This document shows positions 1 to 7,946 of a DNA stretch of 64,000 bases, one piece after another (within the stretch, counting starts at the first letter, position 1; each line of letters starts with the position of its first letter). A model generated the notes under the pieces. The model had not been told where the DNA came from. It saw only the letters and a list, made by a program, of their open reading frames with translations, and made no database searches. Source of the stretch: Parcubacteria group bacterium GW2011_GWC1_36_108 (GTDB lineage: Bacteria > Patescibacteriota > Minisyncoccia > Moranbacterales > GWC2-37-73). The position numbers and the translations under genes were made by a program. The stretch lies in the NCBI GenBank assembly GCA_000991245.1, contig LBRD01000001.1, positions 5,467-69,466 on the forward strand, in the 5' to 3' direction.

Positions 1-509
1 TTAAATTCTTGAATACTAAGTCCACTGTCACTATGCATCCCTCCATTAAGCACATTAAACATTGGAACAGGGAGTTTAGGTTTTGTTTTTAATCCTGATA
101 TCTCATTTATATATTGATAAAGAGGAATTTTTTTTGCAAAAGCTACCGCCCTACAAACCGCAAGAGAAACACCCAAGATAGCATTTGCTCCTAACTGCGA
201 TTTATTTTCTGTACCATCAAGCTCAAGCATAATTTCGTCAATGGCAATTTGATTACCAGCATCCTTACCCACAAGAGCATCTTTTATTTTTGTGTTTACA
301 TTTTTCACTGCATTTAGCACACCTAATCCTCCATAACGCGCAACATCCCCATCCCTAAGTTCAAGCGCCTCAAACTTTCCCGTTGAAGCCCCAGAAGGAA
401 CAGCCGCAACTGCACTTACCCCTCCACTCAAAAAAACTTCCACTTCCACCGTAGGGTTTCCGCGAGAATCCAAAATTTCCCTACCGATTATATTTGTAAT
501 TTTCATCAT
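1..509 (-). CDS. eno: Enolase, N-terminal part (runs off window start)
   Basis: Manual translation gives [25 protein letters not shown]...[19 protein letters not shown], the enolase N-terminal signature; not in ORF track. Confidence 0.96.
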   Translation of the reverse strand, partial: MMKITNIIGREILDSRGNPTVEVEVFLSGGVSAVAAVPSGASTGKFEALELRDGDVARYGGLGVLNAVKNVNTKIKDALVGKDAGNQIAIDEIMLELDGTENKSQLGANAILGVSLAVCRAVAFAKKIPLYQYINEISGLKTKPKLPVPMFNVLNGGMHSDSGLSIQEF

Positions 510-517
510 ATATTTTT

Positions 518-557
518 ACCCCGTTAAATTCGCCTTTGGCGAGTATTTAACTGGGGT
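518..557. repeat. Palindromic dispersed repeat, CCCCGTTAAAT...ATTTAACTGGGG family, copy 1
   Basis: Inverted arms seen directly; other copies at 19511, 21001, 34624, 43519 and 61837. Confidence 0.85.
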
Positions 558-574
558 GTAACTCAAACTCTTAT

Positions 575-1186
575 TTAAGTATGTAAACGAATCCAAAAGA
601 ACACTTGATACAATGGATCGAAAGAAACAAGTAGTGCCAACAATAAAATGTAATAGGCTGAAAGATATTTTAGTGTTACTTCATATTGTTCCCTGCTGGC
701 ATACAAACCTTTCTCATTTTCCATATTTATTTTTCGAGCTTTGAATATAAATTTGATATGGATAGACGCAATGGTCATAATTGACAAAATAAGCAAAGCA
801 AGCGCTGGAGCAATAAGACTGTTGTATAAAAAAAATGTTCCGAAAAAAAATAAAGGCAAAATCCAAAATGTTTCCTTGTCCCAAAAATCACTTTCCTTAA
901 TAAAATTCTTCAAGCTGGAAAAATATAAAAAAGGAATGGAAATAAAATTAATAAAAAGACCAATAAAAAAAACTACCACGGTTACCCAATTATAGGCACC
1001 AAAATAGCTTCCTGGTGCAATAATATTCAAGTTGTTCAAAAGAATAAGCAATATCCCAAGAAATAATAATGATTGGGATATATATAACCCCAATATTGAA
1101 ATTGGATCAATTTTTCTAAGATCACTCAATGAAACTTTTTCATTAAATACACCCATATTGCCCGCCTTAAATTGGGGACTTTTCAT
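575..1186 (-). CDS. Hypothetical multi-pass membrane protein
   Basis: 203-aa ORF with about 5 hydrophobic segments, co-oriented between pgk and eno. Confidence 0.75.
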   Translation of the reverse strand: MKSPQFKAGNMGVFNEKVSLSDLRKIDPISILGLYISQSLLFLGILLILLNNLNIIAPGSYFGAYNWVTVVVFFIGLFINFISIPFLYFSSLKNFIKESDFWDKETFWILPLFFFGTFFLYNSLIAPALALLILSIMTIASIHIKFIFKARKINMENEKGLYASREQYEVTLKYLSAYYILLLALLVSFDPLYQVFFWIRLHT

Positions 1187-1293
1187 AATTTTATTTTTTA
1201 AAAAAATACTTTCTTAAGCAATGAAAATTTTAACAATAAACATCTACAACAATTATAGTATACCACAACAATCGATTATTTTCCAAAAATATT

Positions 1294-2385
1294 TTATTGC
1301 TTTTTTATGCGTAAAGCTTCAACTCCTGGCATCAAATTTCCACTTAAGTATTCCAACATTGCGCCACCTCCGGTTGAAACAAACGATATTTTATCAAAAA
1401 GATTATTCTCCTCCAAAACCTGAACAGATTCTCCACCGCCAATAAGAGTAAACGCATCACTTTCAACAATCGCTTCCAAAATAGCACGCGTTCCGATATC
1501 ATATGGCTGCTCTTCAAATTTACCCATCGGACCATTCCAAACAATAACCTTGGATTGCGCGATGATTTCCTTAAACCTGTTAATTGTCTTTGGACCAATA
1601 TCAAGACGATCTTTGGCAAAATCAAGAGGCAAAACAACTTTTGAAGAAAATACTATTTTCTGATCAACAGCTTCGTTGGCTATTTTTCCACCCACTAAAA
1701 TATGCGCATATTTTTTTTCAAATCTTTTTATAAGCGGCAACTTTGTTTCAATTTTAGCTCCACCAATAATAGCTGTTGCCGGACTTTCAGGCTCATGAAT
1801 AACTCGACTAAGATTTTTTATTTCTTCTTGAAGTCTGAGACCAGCATAACCCTCAACATACGCAGTAATTCCTGTAACAGATGCTTGATCACGATGACAA
1901 ACGCTAAACGCATCATTAACAAAAACATCAAAATTTTCAGCGAGTTTTTTGGCAAATTCAGAATCATTTTTTTCCTCACCCTCATAAAAACGAACGTTTT
2001 CCAAAAGAATAATCTCGCCAACATTAAGTGCGTCCAGCGCTTTTGAAACTTCACTGCCAACACAATCATTCACAAAAACAATTTTTCTTTCCAAAATTAT
2101 TTCCAGTTCGTCCTTAATTTGCTCAAGTGAAAATTCTGGATTCTTTTTCCCTTCAGCATTGCCCGCCAAAGTTTTAACGGCGGCGGGACGACCAAGGTGA
2201 GATATCAGTGCGATTTTAGAACCACTCTGAGCTGACAAATGGTCAACCGTTTTTTTGCATACTTCTAATTTGAATTTTTCCTTTATTTTTCCATCCTCAA
2301 GCGCAATATTGAAGTCTGCTCTAACCAAAATTTTCTTATCCAAAAAAACCCCTTCCTGTATTTTTTTAATACTCACGTTGTTCAT
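1294..2385 (-). CDS. pgk: Phosphoglycerate kinase
   Basis: VRADFN, SHLGRP, LLENVRF, NDAF, GGAK, WNGPMG, STGGGA motifs; start moved to MNNVS because the upstream extension is a heptamer repeat. Confidence 0.97.
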   Translation of the reverse strand: MNNVSIKKIQEGVFLDKKILVRADFNIALEDGKIKEKFKLEVCKKTVDHLSAQSGSKIALISHLGRPAAVKTLAGNAEGKKNPEFSLEQIKDELEIILERKIVFVNDCVGSEVSKALDALNVGEIILLENVRFYEGEEKNDSEFAKKLAENFDVFVNDAFSVCHRDQASVTGITAYVEGYAGLRLQEEIKNLSRVIHEPESPATAIIGGAKIETKLPLIKRFEKKYAHILVGGKIANEAVDQKIVFSSKVVLPLDFAKDRLDIGPKTINRFKEIIAQSKVIVWNGPMGKFEEQPYDIGTRAILEAIVESDAFTLIGGGESVQVLEENNLFDKISFVSTGGGAMLEYLSGNLMPGVEALRIKKQ

Positions 2386-2486
2386 GAAACATATAGCATA
2401 TAGCATAAAGCAAAAAAATTAATGCTATGCGCTACTCACTATCTGTTTTTATTTGTTACATGTTATATGTTTTGTGTTATATGGTT

Positions 2487-3587
2487 TTATCTTCCCATGC
2501 CAAAAATTGCAACCACAACCCCGATGATTGCAGTTACCATAGTAAAAATCCAGGCACGCATAACAATTTTACACTCTGGCCAGCCTTTTGCTTCAAAATG
2601 ATGATGAAGTGGCGCTGCCAAAAAAACTTTACGATGGAAAAATTTCTTACTAGTAAGTTGGATTACAACACTACCTGATTCAAGAACATAAATAAATACG
2701 ATCAGAAAAAGTGCTAACGCTGAATTTGTAAGCATCGCAACGACGCCAAGCGTTGTGCCAAGTGACATCGCACCAGTATCGCCCATCATAAAACGAGCAG
2801 GTGAAATATTGAACCACAGAAAAGCCAAGAGCACCCCGGACATAGCTGCGCAAAACGAAGCCAAATCAACCTTGTTTTGAAAAAAAGCAATGATTGAAAA
2901 TGAGAAAAAGGCAAGCAATAAAACTCCTCCGTTTAGACCATCTAATCCATCTGTTTCATTTGAAGATACTGCGGAAAATAAAATCACAAAAACAAAAAGT
3001 GGAATATACCAAAAGCTTATTGAAAAATCTCCAAATGCAGGAATATGTAAAATATCCCAACCAAGTTTATAAAAAAACCACCAACCACCTGCCGCAGCAA
3101 TAACAATAAGCCATCCAAAACGCATAGCAAAACGCATTCCACCTCCTTTATTACTTCCCCAGCCACGAACACTCATCACGTCATCAAAAAGACCGAGAAT
3201 TCCAGCTGAGGCAAGCGCAAAAAGTGGAAGCCAGACCTGTTTACGACTCAAAAAGTCGAGCCTGGCGATAAAATCCATATTGAAAAGTTTTCCAATCCAA
3301 GGAAAAATAAAATGGGAGGAAAAAACTAAAATAAGAATTGTCACCCACATAATAACCCCACCCATTGTAGGAGTTCCTGATTTATGTGCATGCAATTTAT
3401 TAACAAATGTTAATTTTTCCCCATTAACATCGCTGCTTTTGATTTTTATTCCAAATTTATATTTATAAAGCAGATGCGTCCAAAGCGGTGTAATTGCAAA
3501 TGCCAGTAAAAAAGCAAGCAGCCCTGTAACCAAAACTTTGAGGACATTAACTACTTCTGGAATTGTTTGAATTTGAGCAAATTGCAT
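2487..3587 (-). CDS. mraY: Phospho-N-acetylmuramoyl-pentapeptide transferase
   Basis: KSGTPTMGG, GLFDD, NETDGLDGL, FMMGDTG, APLHHHFE motifs. Confidence 0.96.
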   Translation of the reverse strand: MQFAQIQTIPEVVNVLKVLVTGLLAFLLAFAITPLWTHLLYKYKFGIKIKSSDVNGEKLTFVNKLHAHKSGTPTMGGVIMWVTILILVFSSHFIFPWIGKLFNMDFIARLDFLSRKQVWLPLFALASAGILGLFDDVMSVRGWGSNKGGGMRFAMRFGWLIVIAAAGGWWFFYKLGWDILHIPAFGDFSISFWYIPLFVFVILFSAVSSNETDGLDGLNGGVLLLAFFSFSIIAFFQNKVDLASFCAAMSGVLLAFLWFNISPARFMMGDTGAMSLGTTLGVVAMLTNSALALFLIVFIYVLESGSVVIQLTSKKFFHRKVFLAAPLHHHFEAKGWPECKIVMRAWIFTMVTAIIGVVVAIFGMGR

Positions 3588-3590
3588 AAT

Positions 3591-4625
3591 TTATTGCCAA
3601 CTATAAGAATTAAAAGTCCAACTAATCATTGTCTTGATATCCAACCATCGCTGAGAATCATCAAGAACTACTCCGACAATCCTGTGTTTTGAACTAAAAT
3701 CAGAAACCACTGTAAGCAAAGAATAACCAGCAAGTGGAGTAAACCCAGTTTTTGCACCAACAATGTTTGGCATTTGATCAAGCAACTGATCTGTATTTAA
3801 TATAGTATGCTCAATTTTTCCATCCACTGAAGTTACAATAGAATTGCTTGGCAAGCGTGCAAGCTTCCAAATAGTTTCATAGCGAAGTGAATACGCCGCA
3901 ATACGAGCAATGTCATATGCAGAAGAATAACATCCAGCTGCAGCGCCTTCATCATCCAAATCAAGTCCTGAGGACGTACAAAAATTTGTGTCTACCAACC
4001 CTAAATCTTTAGCTTTTTTATTCATAACTTGCACAAAAGCTTCCTCCGAACCAGATACATGCTTTGCAAGTGCAATTGCTGCATCATTAGCACTATTCAT
4101 AACCATCGCTTGAAGTAAACTCTTTGCTGTAATTGTCTCTCCAACTTTAAGACGTGGACTTATGCAATAGCCACTGCGAGGACAACCTATTTTTGTGCCT
4201 TCAGCATATACTGCCTCCTCATCAATAGTTACGGGTTCATCAAGATTTTTAATATTTTCCATCACTAAAACTGCTGTCATAATTTTTGTCAGTGAAGCAA
4301 TCTGCCTATGCGTACGCCCTTCGTTATAATGCAAAATAGTTCCTGTATCGGCATCAATAACTACAGAGGCATGCGCATTCGGCACAACAAGATCATTAGT
4401 TTTAATATCTCTTACTGGTTGATATTGAGGCTCATCCACTGCCTGCGCTTTTAAGGTTACAATTTTCTGCGTTTCAACGCCCGCCACCAATCCACTAATA
4501 CTATTTTCTTGACTACTAACAACATCAGCTTGAACTTGATTTCCATTAATAAAACTTTCCTGCAAAAATAAGAAGGAATTAAGCGGAAAAAAAACTATCA
4601 TCAAAATGGTTGCCCCTATACCCAT
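3591..4625 (-). CDS. D-alanyl-D-alanine carboxypeptidase (peptidase S11)
   Basis: ASLTK (SxxK), SAN (SxN) and KTG motifs; N-terminal hydrophobic anchor. Confidence 0.92.
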   Translation of the reverse strand: MGIGATILMIVFFPLNSFLFLQESFINGNQVQADVVSSQENSISGLVAGVETQKIVTLKAQAVDEPQYQPVRDIKTNDLVVPNAHASVVIDADTGTILHYNEGRTHRQIASLTKIMTAVLVMENIKNLDEPVTIDEEAVYAEGTKIGCPRSGYCISPRLKVGETITAKSLLQAMVMNSANDAAIALAKHVSGSEEAFVQVMNKKAKDLGLVDTNFCTSSGLDLDDEGAAAGCYSSAYDIARIAAYSLRYETIWKLARLPSNSIVTSVDGKIEHTILNTDQLLDQMPNIVGAKTGFTPLAGYSLLTVVSDFSSKHRIVGVVLDDSQRWLDIKTMISWTFNSYSWQ

Positions 4626-5173
4626 TACTCTTTTGAAATTATTGAATTAATTCTCTCATCCACTGAAAGTATACCATACTCTGGAAGATTTTTCACGGAT
4701 TCAATCCCTAATTTTTTAAGAAAATCAAATGTAATTGCATAAACATAACCTCGAGAGTCATTTGGGTTATCATTTCGCTCAATAAGCCCTCGCAGTAACA
4801 AGTTTCGCAGAGTGTAAGCACAATTAACACCTCGAATAGCTTCGATTTCCGTTTTAGAAATTGGACCACGATAAGCAATGATTGAAACGACCTCCATCGC
4901 AGCATTCGATAATGAATCTTGCAGCTCACTTTTAACCAATCCTTCAATAAATTCAGCATTTTCAGGATTTGAAACCAATTGCACTTCTTCGCCCTTAACA
5001 AGCAAGCTGAGCCCACTGCCCGCCAAGGCATATTTTTCGCTCAACAAAGCCAAAGCAGCATCAACTTCTTCAGCCCTAAGCCCCACAATCTTCATCAACT
5101 TCGCCCTCTTAATCGGCTCCCCACTAACAAACAAAATGCTTTCAATAACCCCTTGTAATTTTTCCAATTCCAT
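4625..5173 (-). CDS. scpB: SMC-Scp complex subunit ScpB
   Basis: IESILFVSGEP, LSNAAMEVVSIIAYRGPISKTEIEAIRGV. Confidence 0.95.
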   Translation of the reverse strand: MELEKLQGVIESILFVSGEPIKRAKLMKIVGLRAEEVDAALALLSEKYALAGSGLSLLVKGEEVQLVSNPENAEFIEGLVKSELQDSLSNAAMEVVSIIAYRGPISKTEIEAIRGVNCAYTLRNLLLRGLIERNDNPNDSRGYVYAITFDFLKKLGIESVKNLPEYGILSVDERINSIISKE

Positions 5174-5220
5174 AGCTTTTAATTTTTTTATTACTTATTG
5201 AAAGTATACCAGCTTTTTAG

Positions 5221-5246
5221 GAATTATGTAATTAGCTACGTAATTC
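5221..5246. repeat. Tandem ACGT palindrome (RYTACGTARY-WW-RYTACGTARY), degenerate copy
   Basis: gaattatgtaattagctacgtaattc; closely similar to 43827-43852. Confidence 0.6.
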
Positions 5247-5271
5247 TCACATTTCATTTCTTAAATTTCTT

Positions 5272-6381
5272 CTAATTTTTATTTGAGCTGTCTGATACAT
5301 TTTGTCGCAACATCGCAAATCTCTCCTCCCTCCTTGGTAATAACTTACTAATTGGAGTTGTTGCAAATATTTCCACATAAAGATTTTCAGCTGTCACATT
5401 CTCATTTGTGATGATTTTTTTGGCAAGTTCATTGCAAAACTTTTGAGTTTCCTCATTTTCCTTGTGCTTGATTGTAAGCTCATCATTGATCAGTATATCA
5501 GAAATTTCTTGCTTGTCTTTAGCATTTTTTATTTTCGGCAAAACTCTGCCTATATAACATCTTATTACCTCTTGTATATCTTCAATAATTTTATCGAAAG
5601 TTTGTTCTATCAAGTCAACATCCCTAAGCGTTAATTTTCCACTTTGGGCCAAAAGTTTCAAATCATTATCATCATATGCTCTAGTAAAAAATAATTTATG
5701 ATAGGCAGCCAATGATGGATTTGAGCAATTGATTTTTCTGCCATGAAAATCGATTACTTCTGGCGTTAACCACTCTTTTGGTATAGTGGTTTCATGATGT
5801 CCAATGGGTTCACCGCTATCGTTCCATTTTATAATATGGGTATCGATACAAAAATTTTCTTTACCATATTTTATTGATCCATCTCCATTTATTGCAAAAA
5901 TCATTGGTTGAAATCCTTCCTCATTATTTTGCAGACGTTTTGCGTCAATGCGTTCAAAAATTCTTTTCTTTCCTGGGCGATGACCACTACTTAAAAATAA
6001 TCCGAAACCTTTACTGCCTAAAAATGATTCAACCTTTTCTAGCTCACGGAAATCAATCGATAAATCAATATCTTTATGCACACCTATATATGCACCTCTA
6101 TAAAGTGAAATATTCAAAGCCCCGTCTAATTGCCAATAAAAATCAGCTCCCTGAAACAAGTCTCCCAACTGCTCAAGAGATTTGTCTAGTTCATTCTTTT
6201 CTTCTTCCGTACAAGGTCTTCGTTCAATATCTTTTTCAGATAAGAAATCAGCGCCTTCTTCCCAAAAAGGTTCCTTTTGAAATTTGTTTCTTTCTCTAAT
6301 TTTTGATTGCTCTGCTAGGTCTGGTTGTGCTTTCACAACTTCCGTGGCTTTTCTCATCATTTGTTTCTCAAAATCATTCAT
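5272..6381 (-). CDS. Putative nucleotidyltransferase (ANT(2'')/Lnu-like, pol-beta fold)
   Basis: WQLDGALNISLYRGAYIGVHKDIDLSI resembles the family's G-G/A...G...H-x-D-I-D motif; C-terminal half unrecognised. Confidence 0.6.
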   Translation of the reverse strand: MNDFEKQMMRKATEVVKAQPDLAEQSKIRERNKFQKEPFWEEGADFLSEKDIERRPCTEEEKNELDKSLEQLGDLFQGADFYWQLDGALNISLYRGAYIGVHKDIDLSIDFRELEKVESFLGSKGFGLFLSSGHRPGKKRIFERIDAKRLQNNEEGFQPMIFAINGDGSIKYGKENFCIDTHIIKWNDSGEPIGHHETTIPKEWLTPEVIDFHGRKINCSNPSLAAYHKLFFTRAYDDNDLKLLAQSGKLTLRDVDLIEQTFDKIIEDIQEVIRCYIGRVLPKIKNAKDKQEISDILINDELTIKHKENEETQKFCNELAKKIITNENVTAENLYVEIFATTPISKLLPRREERFAMLRQNVSDSSNKN

Positions 6382-6416
6382 ATTATTTCCAATCTGAAAT
6401 TATTATTTATTTGTTA

Positions 6417-7013
6417 TTAACTCACTCTTCCACGGCCGACGTTGAGTGAGTGTTCTTTTTTTTTGAAAAACATTTTTTCGAGATATTTACCGTTATCCAA
6501 TTTCTGTGCCGTGATGACTCTGACAAATTTTTCCGCCGAATACAGGGCAACCAATTCCAAAATAGGCTTCTCGAAAGGATAAGGCGAAACAAAAACACTG
6601 TGCTGCAATTTCCTGAATTTCAAATCCTTCAAGTGATTCCTAAGCACATCGCGGAAAAGTCTATCTTTTTCAGGAATATCAAACATGACGACTCGCCATT
6701 TGCCATCCCATTTCTTCGGCTTCTTAAATTCTATCGACTTTCCGAAGATATTCAGCACGCGGGCTTGCTTCCTGCCTTTTTCAGTTAAAGTCAATTTAAA
6801 AGAACCGTCGGGAAGCTCGATCTCACTTATAAGTTTTTCCTTCGAAAGACTCTTAATGGAGCGATTAAAATTCTGTGGATTTATTTTTACCCATTCTTTT
6901 TTCAATTTTCGCAAAGTACTAAAATATTGTCGAGGCGATGAAGACATACCCAAAGCGACCCCACCTAAAAGCGCCAACAATATTTTCTTTTGAACAGCTC
7001 CTGGCCTATACAT
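6417..7013 (-). CDS. PaaX-family winged-helix plus Cas2-like domain protein (standalone)
   Basis: LTEKGR wing followed by KKWDGKWRVVMFDIPEKDR...LQHSVFVSPY, the PaaX central/Cas2-like domain. Confidence 0.85.
   Translation of the reverse strand: MYRPGAVQKKILLALLGGVALGMSSSPRQYFSTLRKLKKEWVKINPQNFNRSIKSLSKEKLISEIELPDGSFKLTLTEKGRKQARVLNIFGKSIEFKKPKKWDGKWRVVMFDIPEKDRLFRDVLRNHLKDLKFRKLQHSVFVSPYPFEKPILELVALYSAEKFVRVITAQKLDNGKYLEKMFFKKKEHSLNVGRGRVS
6422..6452. repeat. 31-bp hairpin direct repeat, copy 1
   Basis: tcactcttccacggccgacgttgagtgagtg, identical at 7072 and 7614. Confidence 0.95.
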
Positions 7014-7071
7014 ACCCCGATTATACTATAAAAAAATAAAGATTTCTATCTTAATAATATCACACGTTGCA

Positions 7072-7102
7072 TCACTCTTCCACGGCCGACGTTGAGTGAG
7101 TG
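7072..7102. repeat. 31-bp hairpin direct repeat, copy 2
   Basis: Identical to 6422-6452. Confidence 0.95.
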
Positions 7103-7147
7103 ATGGGGTGTTTGATTATTTTTTATTTTGTCTGCCTACTAAGACTG

Positions 7148-7169
7148 GTTACGTAACATGTTACGTAGC
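7148..7169. repeat. Tandem ACGT palindrome
   Basis: gttacgtaac-at-gttacgtagc, 3 nt past the NUDIX stop. Confidence 0.85.
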
Positions 7170-7172
7170 TAA

Positions 7173-7580
7173 TTATAATTCAACTATTAATTTATTTTTT
7201 ATTTCAATTGGTCTCAAATCCAAATCCGAAAGCTCCTCTAACTTTATCCACATTGGTTCATAAATTCCACTATTGCGGTCTGGACTATATTCTTCCCCGT
7301 CACCACTTCCGAGTTTTCCTCCTAATATATCGCATTGATAAAAATATTCTTTCTGTGGTTCATTATCTTTTTTGATAAAATCAAAATCATACATAAGTTC
7401 CAAGACTGAAACATCTAAGCCCAATTCTTCTTTGCATTCTCTTCTTAGTGCTATGGGATGACTTTCTCCATCATCAACCCCGCCGCCGGGAAAAACAAAA
7501 TATGTTTCCCCATTTTTAATTCTCTTAATTACTAACAGTGAATCATCATTTTTAATTATAGCCCTAACCACAATTCTCAT
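7173..7580 (-). CDS. NUDIX hydrolase
   Basis: Nudix box GGGVDDGESHPIALRRECKEELG; ATG start MRIVVRA. Confidence 0.92.
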   Translation of the reverse strand: MRIVVRAIIKNDDSLLVIKRIKNGETYFVFPGGGVDDGESHPIALRRECKEELGLDVSVLELMYDFDFIKKDNEPQKEYFYQCDILGGKLGSGDGEEYSPDRNSGIYEPMWIKLEELSDLDLRPIEIKNKLIVEL

Positions 7581-7613
7581 ATTTTTTATTTCCAATCTGA
7601 AATTATTATTTAT

Positions 7614-7644
7614 TCACTCTTCCACGGCCGACGTTGAGTGAGTG
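7614..7644. repeat. 31-bp hairpin direct repeat, copy 3
   Basis: Identical to 6422-6452. Confidence 0.95.
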
Positions 7645-7660
7645 GTGGTGAAAGATGGGG

Positions 7661-7828
7661 TTAGGATTTGAAGTCGGAGATTATTATGCGCTTTCGTTCG
7701 ATTTTGAAGGTCATTTTTTGGCGCTCTTTAATTCCGAGTTCGGCGACGATTTCGGATGGAATCACGATTGAAAGACTTCGTTTCCCTACTCTTGTAACTT
7801 TGCGAACAAGTTCTTCTTTCTTTTTCAT
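7661..7828 (-). CDS. AbrB/MazE/SpoVT-type DNA-binding protein (55 aa, not in ORF track)
   Basis: Manual translation MKKKEELVRKVTRVGKRSLSIVIPSEIVAELGIKERQKMTFKIERKRIIISDFKS; swapped-hairpin pattern RKV..VG.SL.I.IP.EI...LGI. Confidence 0.8.
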   Translation of the reverse strand: MKKKEELVRKVTRVGKRSLSIVIPSEIVAELGIKERQKMTFKIERKRIIISDFKS

Positions 7829-7835
7829 AACGCTT

Positions 7836-7864
7836 TGTCATTCCGAACTTAATCCGGAATCTAG
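7836..7864. repeat. REP-like palindrome GTCATTCCG-N7-CCGGAATCT
   Basis: tgtcattccgaacttaatccggaatctag; single copy in window. Confidence 0.5.
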
Positions 7865-7886
7865 ATTAATTTTTATTTTTTATTTT

Positions 7887-7908
7887 GCTACGTAGCATGT
7901 TACGTAGC
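7887..7908. repeat. Tandem ACGT palindrome
   Basis: gctacgtagc-at-gttacgtagc, downstream of the 1175-aa gene. Confidence 0.85.
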
Positions 7909-7946
7909 AAAAAACATATTCAACTGTTTTTTTCTATAAATTATTT

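Noticed and set aside
6422-7644. CRISPR array with a cas2 gene
   Set aside because: The intervals are 511-619 bp and contain genes. There is no cas1 or effector gene, and the Cas2-like domain is within a PaaX-type protein.
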